Of a stretch of DNA of 24,897 nucleotides, positions 6,066 to 15,038 are shown one piece after another. A program made the translations under genes and the position numbers. Numbering within the stretch: position 1 is the first letter of the stretch; each line of letters starts with the position of its first letter. This stretch comes from a virus (lineage: Duplodnaviria; Caudoviricetes): positions 1-24,897 of IMG/VR virus record IMGVR_UViG_3300020458_000017; one strand, 5' to 3'. Under the pieces are notes generated by a model that worked only from the letters and a program-made list of their open reading frames with translations, had not been told where the DNA came from and did not search any database.

Positions 6066-6093
6066 GCCCTGGCATTTGCCGGGGCTTTTTTTT
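6066..6093 (+). terminator. Intrinsic terminator 2
   Basis: GCCCTGGC-attt-GCCGGGGC followed by T8. Confidence 0.88.
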
Positions 6094-6104
6094 GAGAAAC
6101 TGCA

Positions 6105-6470
6105 ATGCGCCTTAAATTAACAGAGAACTTCTTCGCAGATGAGTTTGCGTGTAAGTGTGGCTGTGGGCTTAACAACATCAACAGATCATTAGTCTCTATG
6201 CTGCAGATTGCCAGAGAGCAAGCAGGAATAGGGTTTACGGTTACATCTGCTTTGCGCTGCCCAGTGCACAACCGCAACGAGGGTGGTTTACCCAGTAGCT
6301 CACATTTAAAGGGATTGGCTGTAGACATTAAAGCCGATAGCTCTCAGGCCCGTCAGAAGATACTAAGCGCTCTGATTAGCGCTGGCTTTGATCGCATCGG
6401 TATCGCCAGGTCTTTCATTCACGTTGATATCGATTCAAGTAAACCAGCTACTGTTTGCTGGTTGTATTAA
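6105..6470 (+). CDS. Endolysin, peptidase M15A family
   Basis: ENF...EFACKCGCG, VTSALRCPVHN..EGG..SSSH..G.AVDI, FIHVD (zinc-peptidase motifs). Confidence 0.92.
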   Translation: MRLKLTENFFADEFACKCGCGLNNINRSLVSMLQIAREQAGIGFTVTSALRCPVHNRNEGGLPSSSHLKGLAVDIKADSSQARQKILSALISAGFDRIGIARSFIHVDIDSSKPATVCWLY

Positions 6471-6484
6471 TAGGGGCCACACCA

Positions 6485-6652
6485 ATGCAAGCCGTTTTGT
6501 TAGGGATATTAAAAACTGTTGCCATTAAGTTGGTATCAGAGAAAGTGCTGATTGCGTTAACGCTTCACATTGTTAAATACCTGGCTCAAAAGAGTACCAA
6601 TACCCTCGACGACAAGCTGGTCGAAGAAGTAGAAAAAGCGTTACAGCAGTAA
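6485..6652 (+). CDS. Small amphipathic lysis-cassette protein, 55 aa
   Basis: ATG at 6485 after a GGGG SD; MQAVLLGILKTVAIKLVSEKVLIALTLHIVKYLAQKSTNTLDDKLV; fills the gap between endolysin and holin. Confidence 0.75.
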   Translation: MQAVLLGILKTVAIKLVSEKVLIALTLHIVKYLAQKSTNTLDDKLVEEVEKALQQ

Positions 6653-6661
6653 GTGATTAGA

Positions 6662-6877
6662 ATGTCTGATAGAACCAGCCTGATGAGTTACGTATCAAAC
6701 GGGCTTACTGCGCTGTTTGGTTTACTCACAGTACAAGAGATAGGTATGTTGGTTGGTGTATGCCTTGGCATCCTCACGTTCTGGATGAACCTGTACTTCA
6801 AGTATCGTCAGGATAAGCGCGACCAGCTGAGGCTGGAGCATGATATTACGGTTAACACTGAGCAGGATATAGCGTAG
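6662..6877 (+). CDS. Holin, HP1-like
   Basis: MSDRTS..SY..., hydrophobic segments, LTFWMNLYFK followed by a charged tail. Alternative GTG start at 6653. Confidence 0.85.
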   Translation: MSDRTSLMSYVSNGLTALFGLLTVQEIGMLVGVCLGILTFWMNLYFKYRQDKRDQLRLEHDITVNTEQDIA

Positions 6878-7260
6878 TGCCTGTTAAGCCCGGCTCATGG
6901 TGTAGCAAGTGCCGTAAGGTACACCGGGACGAACAGTGCCCACACCGTAAGCCGTTCGAACGTAAGCGTTCAAACACTAAACACTCTGGCCGTGGTGGTA
7001 AAGCCTGGCAGAGAACACGAGAGTATATCTTTACCCGTGATCGTTTCCTGTGTCAGATACATCTTCGCAAAGGTGAACTGGTATCAGTAGAACTTCACGG
7101 CGCTAATCATGGTGTGTGCGACCATATCATTCCGCTCTCTCAGGGTGGCGGCAATGGGCACGAGAACCTTCAAACCATTTGCCAGGCCTGCGACAAAGAG
7201 AAGACCGCGCAGGAAGCCCACGCACCGCACCAACACAGTGCAAATCAAACCAAACTGTAA
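6877..7260 (+). CDS. Terminase-associated HNH endonuclease (HK97 gp74-like)
   Basis: WQRTR..IF.RD.FLCQ...DHIIPLSQGG....NLQTICQAC..EKT; located directly upstream of cos/TerS. Confidence 0.9.
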   Translation: MPVKPGSWCSKCRKVHRDEQCPHRKPFERKRSNTKHSGRGGKAWQRTREYIFTRDRFLCQIHLRKGELVSVELHGANHGVCDHIIPLSQGGGNGHENLQTICQACDKEKTAQEAHAPHQHSANQTKL

Positions 7261-7283
7261 AGAATCCTGACACCCTAAGCGGA

Positions 7284-7350
7284 CCCGGGGGTGCCAAAAG
7301 TTTAGAGGCTGGCCCAGAACACCGCCGCCCTAGAAAGGAATTTACGCGAC
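7284..7350. other. Candidate cos (cohesive end) region
   Basis: Intergenic between HNH and terS. CCGCCGCCC at 7322-7330 has reverse complement GGGCGGCGG, matching the first 8 nt of lambda cosN (GGGCGGCGACCT). Confidence 0.6.
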
Positions 7351-7398
7351 CCGAAAATGAATCCGAAAAACCCACTTGAGAATGAATAATTACCCATT

Positions 7399-7854
7399 AT
7401 GGCTGGCAGATATCCACAGGTAGCAGAGGATCAGGACAAAATAGTCCAGTTTCCTGGTACCGAAAACAAGGAAATGAGCGATGACGAGGCGCGAGATATC
7501 GCGATCAAATCGCGTCCGCGTGGGATGTCTAAAGCCGAACAAAAAGTGTGGGAAACTGACATACCCGAGTACGTGAAGATTAGTCGGTTCAAGCCGCACT
7601 TCATTCGATTTTATAAAGAGTATTGTGCCGTGATTGCGCGGATGGAAGAGAACCGCGCGTTTCTGGATAAGCACGAGTGGAAGTACACCACCGTTGGCCG
7701 GAATGGTGTTCAGCACAAAACACGGCCTGAAGCATCACAGTACAACGATGACTGGCGCAAGCTAAATAGCTTACTCAACCAAATTGGTGGTAGCCCTGCT
7801 ACTGATCAGCGGTTTAATAATCTGCAACCTGGGCTGTTCGATGACATTTACTAA
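7399..7854 (+). CDS. terS: Terminase small subunit (P27-like)
   Basis: Position before TerL; P.GMSK....VW, G.QHKTRPE, IGGSPA pattern. Confidence 0.85.
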   Translation: MAGRYPQVAEDQDKIVQFPGTENKEMSDDEARDIAIKSRPRGMSKAEQKVWETDIPEYVKISRFKPHFIRFYKEYCAVIARMEENRAFLDKHEWKYTTVGRNGVQHKTRPEASQYNDDWRKLNSLLNQIGGSPATDQRFNNLQPGLFDDIY

Positions 7855-9564
7855 ATGCGAAATACTTATCCAACATTTCAGAAAGATCACCTCAAGGATA
7901 TTGAGCAGTATGCTGCTGATGTTCTAAGTGGTAAGAGGCCAGCAAACAAATACGAACGGCTGGCTGTTGAGCGTGAAAGCAGAGATTTAGAACGAGCTGG
8001 CACACCGGAGTTTCCTTACTACTTCGATGTTGAAGCGGTAAACAAAGTAATTCGTTTCATCGAGACCTTTAATCACGTTAAAGGGAAATGGGCCCGGGCG
8101 AAAGGGCAAGAATCGTTAATAGCGCTCAGCCCTTGGCAAAAGTGGATCACCGCTCAGGTATTTGGTTGGAAGCATATCACCACCAAACGCCGCCGCTTCA
8201 GAACAGCATTTACTCTGGTACCGCGCAAGAACGGTAAATCTACCTGGGTAGCCCCCATTGGCCTATACATGTTGGCTAATGACGATGAACCAGCAGCTGA
8301 AGTATTTTGTGGTGCTACAACCCAGAAACAAGCTAACGAGGTGTTCTCGCCAGCAAAAAAGATGGCCACAAAGCAGCCTATCTTTAGACGCCGTTTCAGC
8401 ATAGAACTCTTTGCTCAGCAGATAGAGCGAACGACAGATGGTGGTAGGTTTGAAAGGCTGATTGGTAACCCGGGCGACGGTGGCTCGCCAAGCTGTTACC
8501 TCTGCGATGAGTATCACGAACACGATGATGATGATCAACGTGACACCATGATCACCGGCATGGGGGCAAGGGAACAACCTCTGGAATGGATAATATCCAC
8601 TGCCGGTGCTAATTGGTTTGGGCCGTGCGGTCAGTATCAAAAAGAGTGTCAGGAAATTCTTGAAGGCACCCGTACTGACGAAACTGTGTTTGCCATGATC
8701 TACACCATCGACAAAGACGATGACTGGCAAACAGAAGCAGCGCTCATTAAAGCGAACCCCAATTATGGTGTTTCAGTAGAAAAAGAGTTTCTTCTTAACC
8801 AGCTGGGTAAGGCCAAACAATCAGCGCGGAAGCAAAACGCCTTTAAAACGAAACACCTTAATCTATGGGTTGGTGCCAGGGAGTCGTGGCTAAACCTTGA
8901 GGATTGGAAACGTTGGGCAGACCCTGAACTGAGCATAGAACAGTTCATAGGCGAAGAGTGCACCAAAGGTGTGGACTTATCAGAGTCTGATGACTTAACT
9001 GCAGATGTAAGCTGCTTTACCAAAGAAATCGCCGGTAAGACTCACTATTACTTCTTCCCACGAACTTATGTCACCGAGAAGAAAGCGGAAGAGATAGATA
9101 TCTACCGCGACTGGATAGATCAAGATGCATTGATCATGTGTGAAGGCTCCAGCATTGACTATGACGAAGTAGAAAACGCCATAGAGCATGATAATGAAGA
9201 ACACTTTGTTACCGGCCTGTTTTACGACCCTGCAGGCGCAGCGCCTATTGCTCAGCGTGTTCATAACAAAACAGCCATAGAGCCAATAAAAGTGGCGCAG
9301 AACTACACAAACTTCTCACCGGCCATGCGTGAATTTGGAAACCTGTTAGGTCAGGGGCGCATACACCATACAGGATGCCCGGTGCTTACCTGGTGTTTAG
9401 GTAACGTCATTGCCAAAGAGACGATGGACGGTAAGTACATTCGCCCGGTGAAAGAACACAAAGACAACAAGATAGACACCGCTGTAGCTATGCTTCAGTC
9501 GTTTATCGGTGCCTGGACACCTGATGAAGAAGACGGGTCAAACCAAGAATTTTTGGAACTCTAA
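7855..9564 (+). CDS. terL: Terminase large subunit
   Basis: L.PWQ, Walker A VPRKNGKS, Walker B LCDEYH, IISTAG, KANPN, nuclease GVDLS...DLTA, KIDTAVA. Confidence 0.97.
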   Translation: MRNTYPTFQKDHLKDIEQYAADVLSGKRPANKYERLAVERESRDLERAGTPEFPYYFDVEAVNKVIRFIETFNHVKGKWARAKGQESLIALSPWQKWITAQVFGWKHITTKRRRFRTAFTLVPRKNGKSTWVAPIGLYMLANDDEPAAEVFCGATTQKQANEVFSPAKKMATKQPIFRRRFSIELFAQQIERTTDGGRFERLIGNPGDGGSPSCYLCDEYHEHDDDDQRDTMITGMGAREQPLEWIISTAGANWFGPCGQYQKECQEILEGTRTDETVFAMIYTIDKDDDWQTEAALIKANPNYGVSVEKEFLLNQLGKAKQSARKQNAFKTKHLNLWVGARESWLNLEDWKRWADPELSIEQFIGEECTKGVDLSESDDLTADVSCFTKEIAGKTHYYFFPRTYVTEKKAEEIDIYRDWIDQDALIMCEGSSIDYDEVENAIEHDNEEHFVTGLFYDPAGAAPIAQRVHNKTAIEPIKVAQNYTNFSPAMREFGNLLGQGRIHHTGCPVLTWCLGNVIAKETMDGKYIRPVKEHKDNKIDTAVAMLQSFIGAWTPDEEDGSNQEFLEL

Positions 9565-10817
9565 TGTTTAAACTACCCTTTTTTAGCCGTAAGTCGGAAG
9601 AAGCAGCAGCTGAAAGTACGCAAGTAAGCAACGCAGCTGATCAGGAAGGCATATTATCTACGGATATTGGCCGATTGTTTGACTTATTTGGGGTAGTTCC
9701 GTCTGTTGCGGGTCCATCAGTCACACCTAAAACGTCAATGAAAGTCTCTATTGTTTTTGCGTGTGTTCGCTTAATTGCCGGTGCTATCTCTCAAATGCCG
9801 GTGCATATTTTCGAAAAGACCTCTGATGGCTCTCGAAAACGCATAAACCATACACTGGAAACACTATTTAATCTGCAATTCACTCCCATCTGGAGTGCAG
9901 CAACTGCCTGGGAATTCATCGTATCGAGCATGTTGCTTCATGGAGACGGGTTTGTCGTTATCCTTCGCAACCGAGCTGGCGAACCGGAAGAGCTGTTACC
10001 TATTAGCCCAGTTGGCATGGTGGTAGAAAAGCGAAATGGCCGGTTAGTCTATTTCTTTACATTAGATGGTGAACCCCGGGGTTTTGATCAGGATGACATT
10101 CTGCATTTCCCCGGCTTTGGTTTTAACGGCTTGCGCTCTATGTCTGTCATTCAATGGGGCGCACTGAACAGCATTGGTTTAGAAATCGCGATGGAACAGC
10201 ATAGCGGTGAGTTCTTCAAGTCTGGCTCAACCCAACGTGTTGCGGTAGTTAAGCAAGGGAAATGGGCCGAAGAACAAAAAGAATCCTTCAGGAATGCATG
10301 GGTTAAAACTTACGGTGGCGTTGAAAACAGCAAATATCCACTTGTTTTAGATAACAGCACCGATGTTAAAACGCTAAGCGTCTCTGCCAAAGATTCCCAG
10401 CTGCTAGAGTCCCGCGAATTTCAAATCACCGACATTGCCCGGGCGTTTGGATTACCCAGCTTTATGGTTAACCAGGAACAAAAGACAACCAGCTGGGGTA
10501 GTGGCATTGGTGAAATCGGGCTTTCTTTCCTGCGTTATACATTAGGCCCACACCTGAATCGTTTCCAGCAAGAGATTAATCGCAAGCTGTTTTTATATGA
10601 CGACAACTTTGCAGAATTTATCTCTGCAAACTTAATGCGCCTAACGCTTAAAGATCGTAATGAAGCCTACCGTCAGGCTATCGGCGGCTCACAAGGGCCG
10701 GGTTGGATGACGGTAAACGAGGTAAGAAAACTCGAAAACATGCCGCCTATCAATGACGAACGGTACGACAAGCCTTACGACCCGAACACTGCCAGCCAAA
10801 ATACAACCGTGGAATAA
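9564..10817 (+). CDS. Portal protein, HK97 family
   Basis: VFACVRLIA, D.QLLESR.F...DIARAFGLP, WGSGI, WMTVNEVRKLEN.PP. Confidence 0.96.
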   Translation: MFKLPFFSRKSEEAAAESTQVSNAADQEGILSTDIGRLFDLFGVVPSVAGPSVTPKTSMKVSIVFACVRLIAGAISQMPVHIFEKTSDGSRKRINHTLETLFNLQFTPIWSAATAWEFIVSSMLLHGDGFVVILRNRAGEPEELLPISPVGMVVEKRNGRLVYFFTLDGEPRGFDQDDILHFPGFGFNGLRSMSVIQWGALNSIGLEIAMEQHSGEFFKSGSTQRVAVVKQGKWAEEQKESFRNAWVKTYGGVENSKYPLVLDNSTDVKTLSVSAKDSQLLESREFQITDIARAFGLPSFMVNQEQKTTSWGSGIGEIGLSFLRYTLGPHLNRFQQEINRKLFLYDDNFAEFISANLMRLTLKDRNEAYRQAIGGSQGPGWMTVNEVRKLENMPPINDERYDKPYDPNTASQNTTVE

Positions 10818-10820
10818 ACT

Positions 10821-11573
10821 ATGAGAAATCATCGTAAGTTAATGCAGTTAGTGAAAGCCAACTGCAGTTCGAACAACACCCCAGACTTTAAAGTGCTAGA
10901 CCGTTCGCCGCTGGCCAGTGCTGATGAAAACCGCCCGGCCATTCTGATTTATGATGTGATTGATGCCTGGTGGGGTGTATCTGCTGAAATGGTGAAGTCT
11001 GCCCTGCTCGCTATGCCGGATGCAACCGACATCGACCTTTACATTAATAGCCCCGGTGGTGATGTATTCGAAGCCACCGCTATTCATACCAGCCTGATCA
11101 CTCACCCGGCGAACATTCATGTTCACATTGATGGTTGGGCAGCGAGTGCAGCAACGCGCATTGCCATGGCTGGCGATACTATCAATATTGCTGAGTCTGG
11201 CATGTACATGATCCACTATGCCTGGACTCTGGCATTAGGTAACGCCTCTGAGATTCGTAAAACGGCGAATATGCTGGACAAGGTAGACAATACCATTGTT
11301 GCTGATTACGCCAACAAAACACAGGCAGAGGAGCAACAGATTCGAGACTGGATGCAAGCAGAGACTTGGTTTACAGCACAAGAGGCAGTAGAGCACGGCT
11401 TTGTAGACGGCATTATTCAACGCAGCAACAGCAGCACTGAAAACAAATTCACCAATAAAGCGTGGGATCTCTCCGTGTATAAGAATGCCCCGCGAGCCCC
11501 AGAACCAGAAGAAACCTTTCCGCAGCGTGAACGGCTAGAGCGATTTGCCAACATGCTGCAAATTACTGGCTAG
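10821..11573 (+). CDS. ClpP-like (S14) prohead maturation protease
   Basis: INSPGGDVF, IDGWAASAAT, MIH, ETWFTAQEAVEHGFVD. Confidence 0.95.
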   Translation: MRNHRKLMQLVKANCSSNNTPDFKVLDRSPLASADENRPAILIYDVIDAWWGVSAEMVKSALLAMPDATDIDLYINSPGGDVFEATAIHTSLITHPANIHVHIDGWAASAATRIAMAGDTINIAESGMYMIHYAWTLALGNASEIRKTANMLDKVDNTIVADYANKTQAEEQQIRDWMQAETWFTAQEAVEHGFVDGIIQRSNSSTENKFTNKAWDLSVYKNAPRAPEPEETFPQRERLERFANMLQITG

Positions 11574-11592
11574 CCCTGCTGGCTAACACACC

Positions 11593-11612
11593 GCCCCGAA
11601 AGGGGCTTTTTT
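11593..11612 (+). terminator. Terminator-like hairpin upstream of the capsid gene
   Basis: GCCCC-GAAA-GGGGC-T6. Confidence 0.75.
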
Positions 11613-11631
11613 GTACCTAAAGGAAATAACT

Positions 11632-12876
11632 ATGTCATTTCAAGCAAAGCGCCAGCAGCGTAATAAACTCGCTGCAGAGTTAAAAGCATTAGTTTCAGAC
11701 CACCCCAAGGATCAGGAGTGGACCCCAGAGCATCAGACCAAATATGAAAATATGGTCAATGATATCGCTAAATTGGATGCTGACTTAGAGCGAGAGCAAA
11801 AAGTATTGGATATTCAGGCATCCAATGCACTGAGTAATCAACAACGAGCTGACCAGGAAGGTATCAGTATTGATGAAGCAACCGCTTTAACGACTCAGGA
11901 AAAAGATGCATTCAAAGCCTGGTTAGTGGGTGGCCCTTCAGCCATGACTGAAGAACAACGCGCAATCATGGCCGCTAAAGTGAATAGCCCACGCAACACC
12001 ATGAGTACAGGAACGGGCTCAGAAGGTGGCTATTTAACTGAAACTGAAATGGCTCCGGGCATTTCTCAGGCAATGAAAGCCTATGGCGGCATGCGCAATG
12101 TTGCCACGGTTATTCAGTCTGCTACCGGTTCATCTATGAACTTTCCTACCGCAGATGCAACCAGTGAAGCTGGCGAAATTCTTGGCGAAAATAGCACAGC
12201 AGCTGATGAAGATACTTCATTCGGCACACTGGCCATCGACACCTACAAGTTCAGCTCGAAAGTTATTGCGGTACCATTTGAATTACTGCAGGACAGTCTG
12301 TTTGATCTGGAAGGCTATGTTAATGACCGCATTGGTCAACGTCTGGGACGTTCTACCGAGAACTATTTTATTAATGGTACCGGTACCAGCCAACCACACG
12401 GCCTGATTGCTGGTATCTCAAGTGGTAAAGTTGGTGTTACAGGTAAAACAACCGATGTGGACTTTGACGACCTGACTGATTTAGAGCACAGCGTTGATCC
12501 TGCTTATCGTGCCAGTGGCAACTGCGCGTTCATGTTCCATGACGGTACGCTGAAAGTATTGAAGAAGAAGAAAGACAGTCAAGGCCGCCCTATCTGGTTA
12601 CCTGGCCATGACGTTGGTGCTCCACCGACTATCAACGGCTACCAGTACGTTATTAACCAACATATGGCGCAAATGGCCGCAAACGCTAAGTCCATTGCCT
12701 TTGGTGACATGAGCAAATACGTAATCCGTGACGTTATGCAAATCCTGTTCTTCCGATTTACCGATTCAGCCTATGCTCGTAAGGGTCAGGTTGGCTTCCT
12801 GGCAATGATGCGCTCTGGTGGTCGCTTTATTGATGTAGGCGGCGCAGTTAAATACTACCAAAACAGCGCGTCTTAA
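11632..12876 (+). CDS. Major capsid protein, HK97 fold, with N-terminal coiled-coil scaffold (delta) domain
   Basis: SD AAGGA then ATG at 11632; GSEGGYL, ELLQDS..DLE, NGTGTSQPHG, KDSQGRPIW, IAFGD.S.Y. Confidence 0.96.
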   Translation: MSFQAKRQQRNKLAAELKALVSDHPKDQEWTPEHQTKYENMVNDIAKLDADLEREQKVLDIQASNALSNQQRADQEGISIDEATALTTQEKDAFKAWLVGGPSAMTEEQRAIMAAKVNSPRNTMSTGTGSEGGYLTETEMAPGISQAMKAYGGMRNVATVIQSATGSSMNFPTADATSEAGEILGENSTAADEDTSFGTLAIDTYKFSSKVIAVPFELLQDSLFDLEGYVNDRIGQRLGRSTENYFINGTGTSQPHGLIAGISSGKVGVTGKTTDVDFDDLTDLEHSVDPAYRASGNCAFMFHDGTLKVLKKKKDSQGRPIWLPGHDVGAPPTINGYQYVINQHMAQMAANAKSIAFGDMSKYVIRDVMQILFFRFTDSAYARKGQVGFLAMMRSGGRFIDVGGAVKYYQNSAS

Positions 12877-12895
12877 TAGCGCATTGTAAACGGCT

Positions 12896-12928
12896 AACAC
12901 CTCGGCCTATACCGGGGTGTTTTTGTTT
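12896..12928 (+). terminator. Terminator after the capsid gene
   Basis: AACACCTCGG-cctata-CCGGGGTGTT followed by TTTGTTT. Confidence 0.8.
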
Positions 12929-12955
12929 AACTTCATTCATTAAGAGCAAACCACC

Positions 12956-13213
12956 ATGGCAACAACCAAAAAGCTTCTCTGCCGCGTTCTCGTGGCAACC
13001 ATTATCGCGGGTCAGGAAATTCAACCAAACAAGCTGGTTAAAGGTGACGAAGCGCTGTTAAAACCGCTTGTTGATGCTGGGCAGCTTTCGTCTGACAAAG
13101 CTGGTATCGATTACTGCACAAAAACCTTGAAAGAAGAAGTAATTGACCTGGACAAGCCTGATTCAGAAGACAGTGACGACACTGACTCTGGCTCAACAGG
13201 TAAAGACGAGTAA
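12956..13213 (+). CDS. Small head-region protein with acidic tail, 85 aa
   Basis: Fills the gap between capsid and connector; positional assignment only. Confidence 0.75.
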   Translation: MATTKKLLCRVLVATIIAGQEIQPNKLVKGDEALLKPLVDAGQLSSDKAGIDYCTKTLKEEVIDLDKPDSEDSDDTDSGSTGKDE

Positions 13214-13218
13214 TCACT

Positions 13219-13827
13219 GTGAATATGCTCTGCAGAGTTATTAATGCACCCACCGTTGAACCGGTTACACTTCAGGAAGTGTTTGATCATGCTTATGCTG
13301 ACCATGATCATGCAGATGTAATCAAGCCAATGATAGCCCGGGCCCGTAAACGCTTTGAAAAACGTACTGGCCGTTTTCTGGTTCAACAAACCTGGCAGTT
13401 CGCCTTACCAAAGTTTCCGTGCGAAATTGAATTGCCGTACACCCCTCTGCAGAGCATCAATTCTATTAAGTACATCAACAATCAAGGTGAGTTGGTTACG
13501 TTAGCAGCCTCTGAATACCGCGTAATTCACCACGGCCTAAAAGCGAAGATTGCACCAAAACTTGGTGGTTCATGGCCTGCCCCGGGATTTAAGGTAGCTG
13601 ACGCAATTCAAATCGAATGCGTAATGGGTCACGCCTTAGTAACAGATAACAAAATTGATAACGACAACATCATAGACCCAGACAGCTACCAGTTAGCTAA
13701 GCAGGCTATTTTAGTGTTAGTAACAGACTGGTTCCGCAACCGTGAAGACACCGCGCCAGTGCAACTGCATTCTGTGCCAAATGCATTTAAAGCAATTTGT
13801 GAAGAACTAACGGTGGAATTATTGTGA
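13219..13827 (+). CDS. Head-tail connector (HK97 gp6-like)
   Basis: P.VEPVTL.E, E.RTGR.L..QTW, LP..PLQS..SIKY, KQAIL.LV..WF.NRE. Confidence 0.92.
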   Translation: MNMLCRVINAPTVEPVTLQEVFDHAYADHDHADVIKPMIARARKRFEKRTGRFLVQQTWQFALPKFPCEIELPYTPLQSINSIKYINNQGELVTLAASEYRVIHHGLKAKIAPKLGGSWPAPGFKVADAIQIECVMGHALVTDNKIDNDNIIDPDSYQLAKQAILVLVTDWFRNREDTAPVQLHSVPNAFKAICEELTVELL

Positions 13828-14153
13828 AGCAATTACCAGCAGGGCAACTTAGAAACCGCGTCACGTTTCAAAAACAAGTTATTAGCGAAGATGGCTATAA
13901 CGTCATTAACTGGAAAGACGACTTCAGCAAATGGGCAAGTATTGAGACTGGCACATCTAATGAAACTGAACTCAGCGGCAGGGTTTTAGGTGAAATTACC
14001 TACACAATAAAATGCCATTTTTCTCAGAGAATCACCGCCAAACACCGCATAAAGCATAAGAATACGTTTTACGAAATTGTTGGTAAGCCCCTCAATGTGG
14101 ATTTTGCAAATACGGTAACGCTAATACAGGCAAGAGAAATTACCGATGCTTGA
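13824..14153 (+). CDS. Head closure/stopper (SPP1 gp16-like)
   Basis: AGQLRNRVTFQ...W....WASI...R.....YEI pattern and position. Confidence 0.9.
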   Translation: MKQLPAGQLRNRVTFQKQVISEDGYNVINWKDDFSKWASIETGTSNETELSGRVLGEITYTIKCHFSQRITAKHRIKHKNTFYEIVGKPLNVDFANTVTLIQAREITDA

Positions 14154-14652
14154 AACTGGTATTGATATTCAAGGATTAAAAGCCATGGAAAAGGCTTTGG
14201 TCGAAATTGGAAAGGAAGTTGGCGCAAAGAAAGCCACCGGAATGATGACCAGTGCACTGCGCGATGGCGCAAAAGAGTTTGAAGACACAATGCGTAAGGA
14301 TGCACCTGAATCAGAATTCAACCGCATTGTGAAAACTAAAAGCGGTTCAAAGGTAGAAATCCGCCCTGGTTTCTTGAAATCACGTATTAAAGTTAGAGCC
14401 AGCACAAACAGAAAGGCTAATGTCACACGAAAGTTTGGTAAGAATGTTGTTTCGCTGGTCAAAGCCGGTGTGTTTAAAGTGCCCTACATAGTGCAAGTAG
14501 AGTACGGCACATCACGAACTAAACAAAAACCGTTTATTCGCAATTCATTTCGAAAGAAAAAACAGGCTTCAGTCACCGTTATCAATCGCCGGTTGGCCAG
14601 GAAAATCAAATTGGCCCAAAACCGCATTGCGAAAAAGTACCAATCCAAATGA
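14146..14652 (+). CDS. HK97 gp10-like neck/tail morphogenesis protein
   Basis: I.GL..., G.LK..I, VEYGTS....PFIR. Confidence 0.88.
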   Translation: MLETGIDIQGLKAMEKALVEIGKEVGAKKATGMMTSALRDGAKEFEDTMRKDAPESEFNRIVKTKSGSKVEIRPGFLKSRIKVRASTNRKANVTRKFGKNVVSLVKAGVFKVPYIVQVEYGTSRTKQKPFIRNSFRKKKQASVTVINRRLARKIKLAQNRIAKKYQSK

Positions 14653-15035
14653 TAGAAAACAGCATTCGAGAACATGCCCTTAATTCAAACGAATTAAGGG
14701 CTCTAATTGGTAGTAAATTTCACTTAACAACTAAGCACAACTCTCAAGACAACTATGTGTTACTGCGAGTCATCAGTGACGAAACGCCAATAGAAGTGCA
14801 ACTCGAAAATAATCAAAGTGAAGCGGCAATTCAGTTTGATTGCTACAGCCAAAACCCGCCAACTGCACAGGCCATAGCAAAAGCGATAGATAATATCTTT
14901 AACAAAAAAGGCTTTGCTGACACATCAATAAAAGTGCAGTTCGCAAAAAAAGAAAGCCGTTTACCCGATTTTGAAACCGACTCTGGTTTATACCGTGAGT
15001 CATTAGATTATGTTTTTTACTATAAAGAGGTATAA
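14649..15035 (+). CDS. Tail terminator/completion protein (DUF3168-like)
   Basis: IQFDCYS....AQAIA..I, E.DSGLYR..LD; position before the tail tube. Confidence 0.8.
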   Translation: MIENSIREHALNSNELRALIGSKFHLTTKHNSQDNYVLLRVISDETPIEVQLENNQSEAAIQFDCYSQNPPTAQAIAKAIDNIFNKKGFADTSIKVQFAKKESRLPDFETDSGLYRESLDYVFYYKEV

Positions 15036-15038
15036 ACC

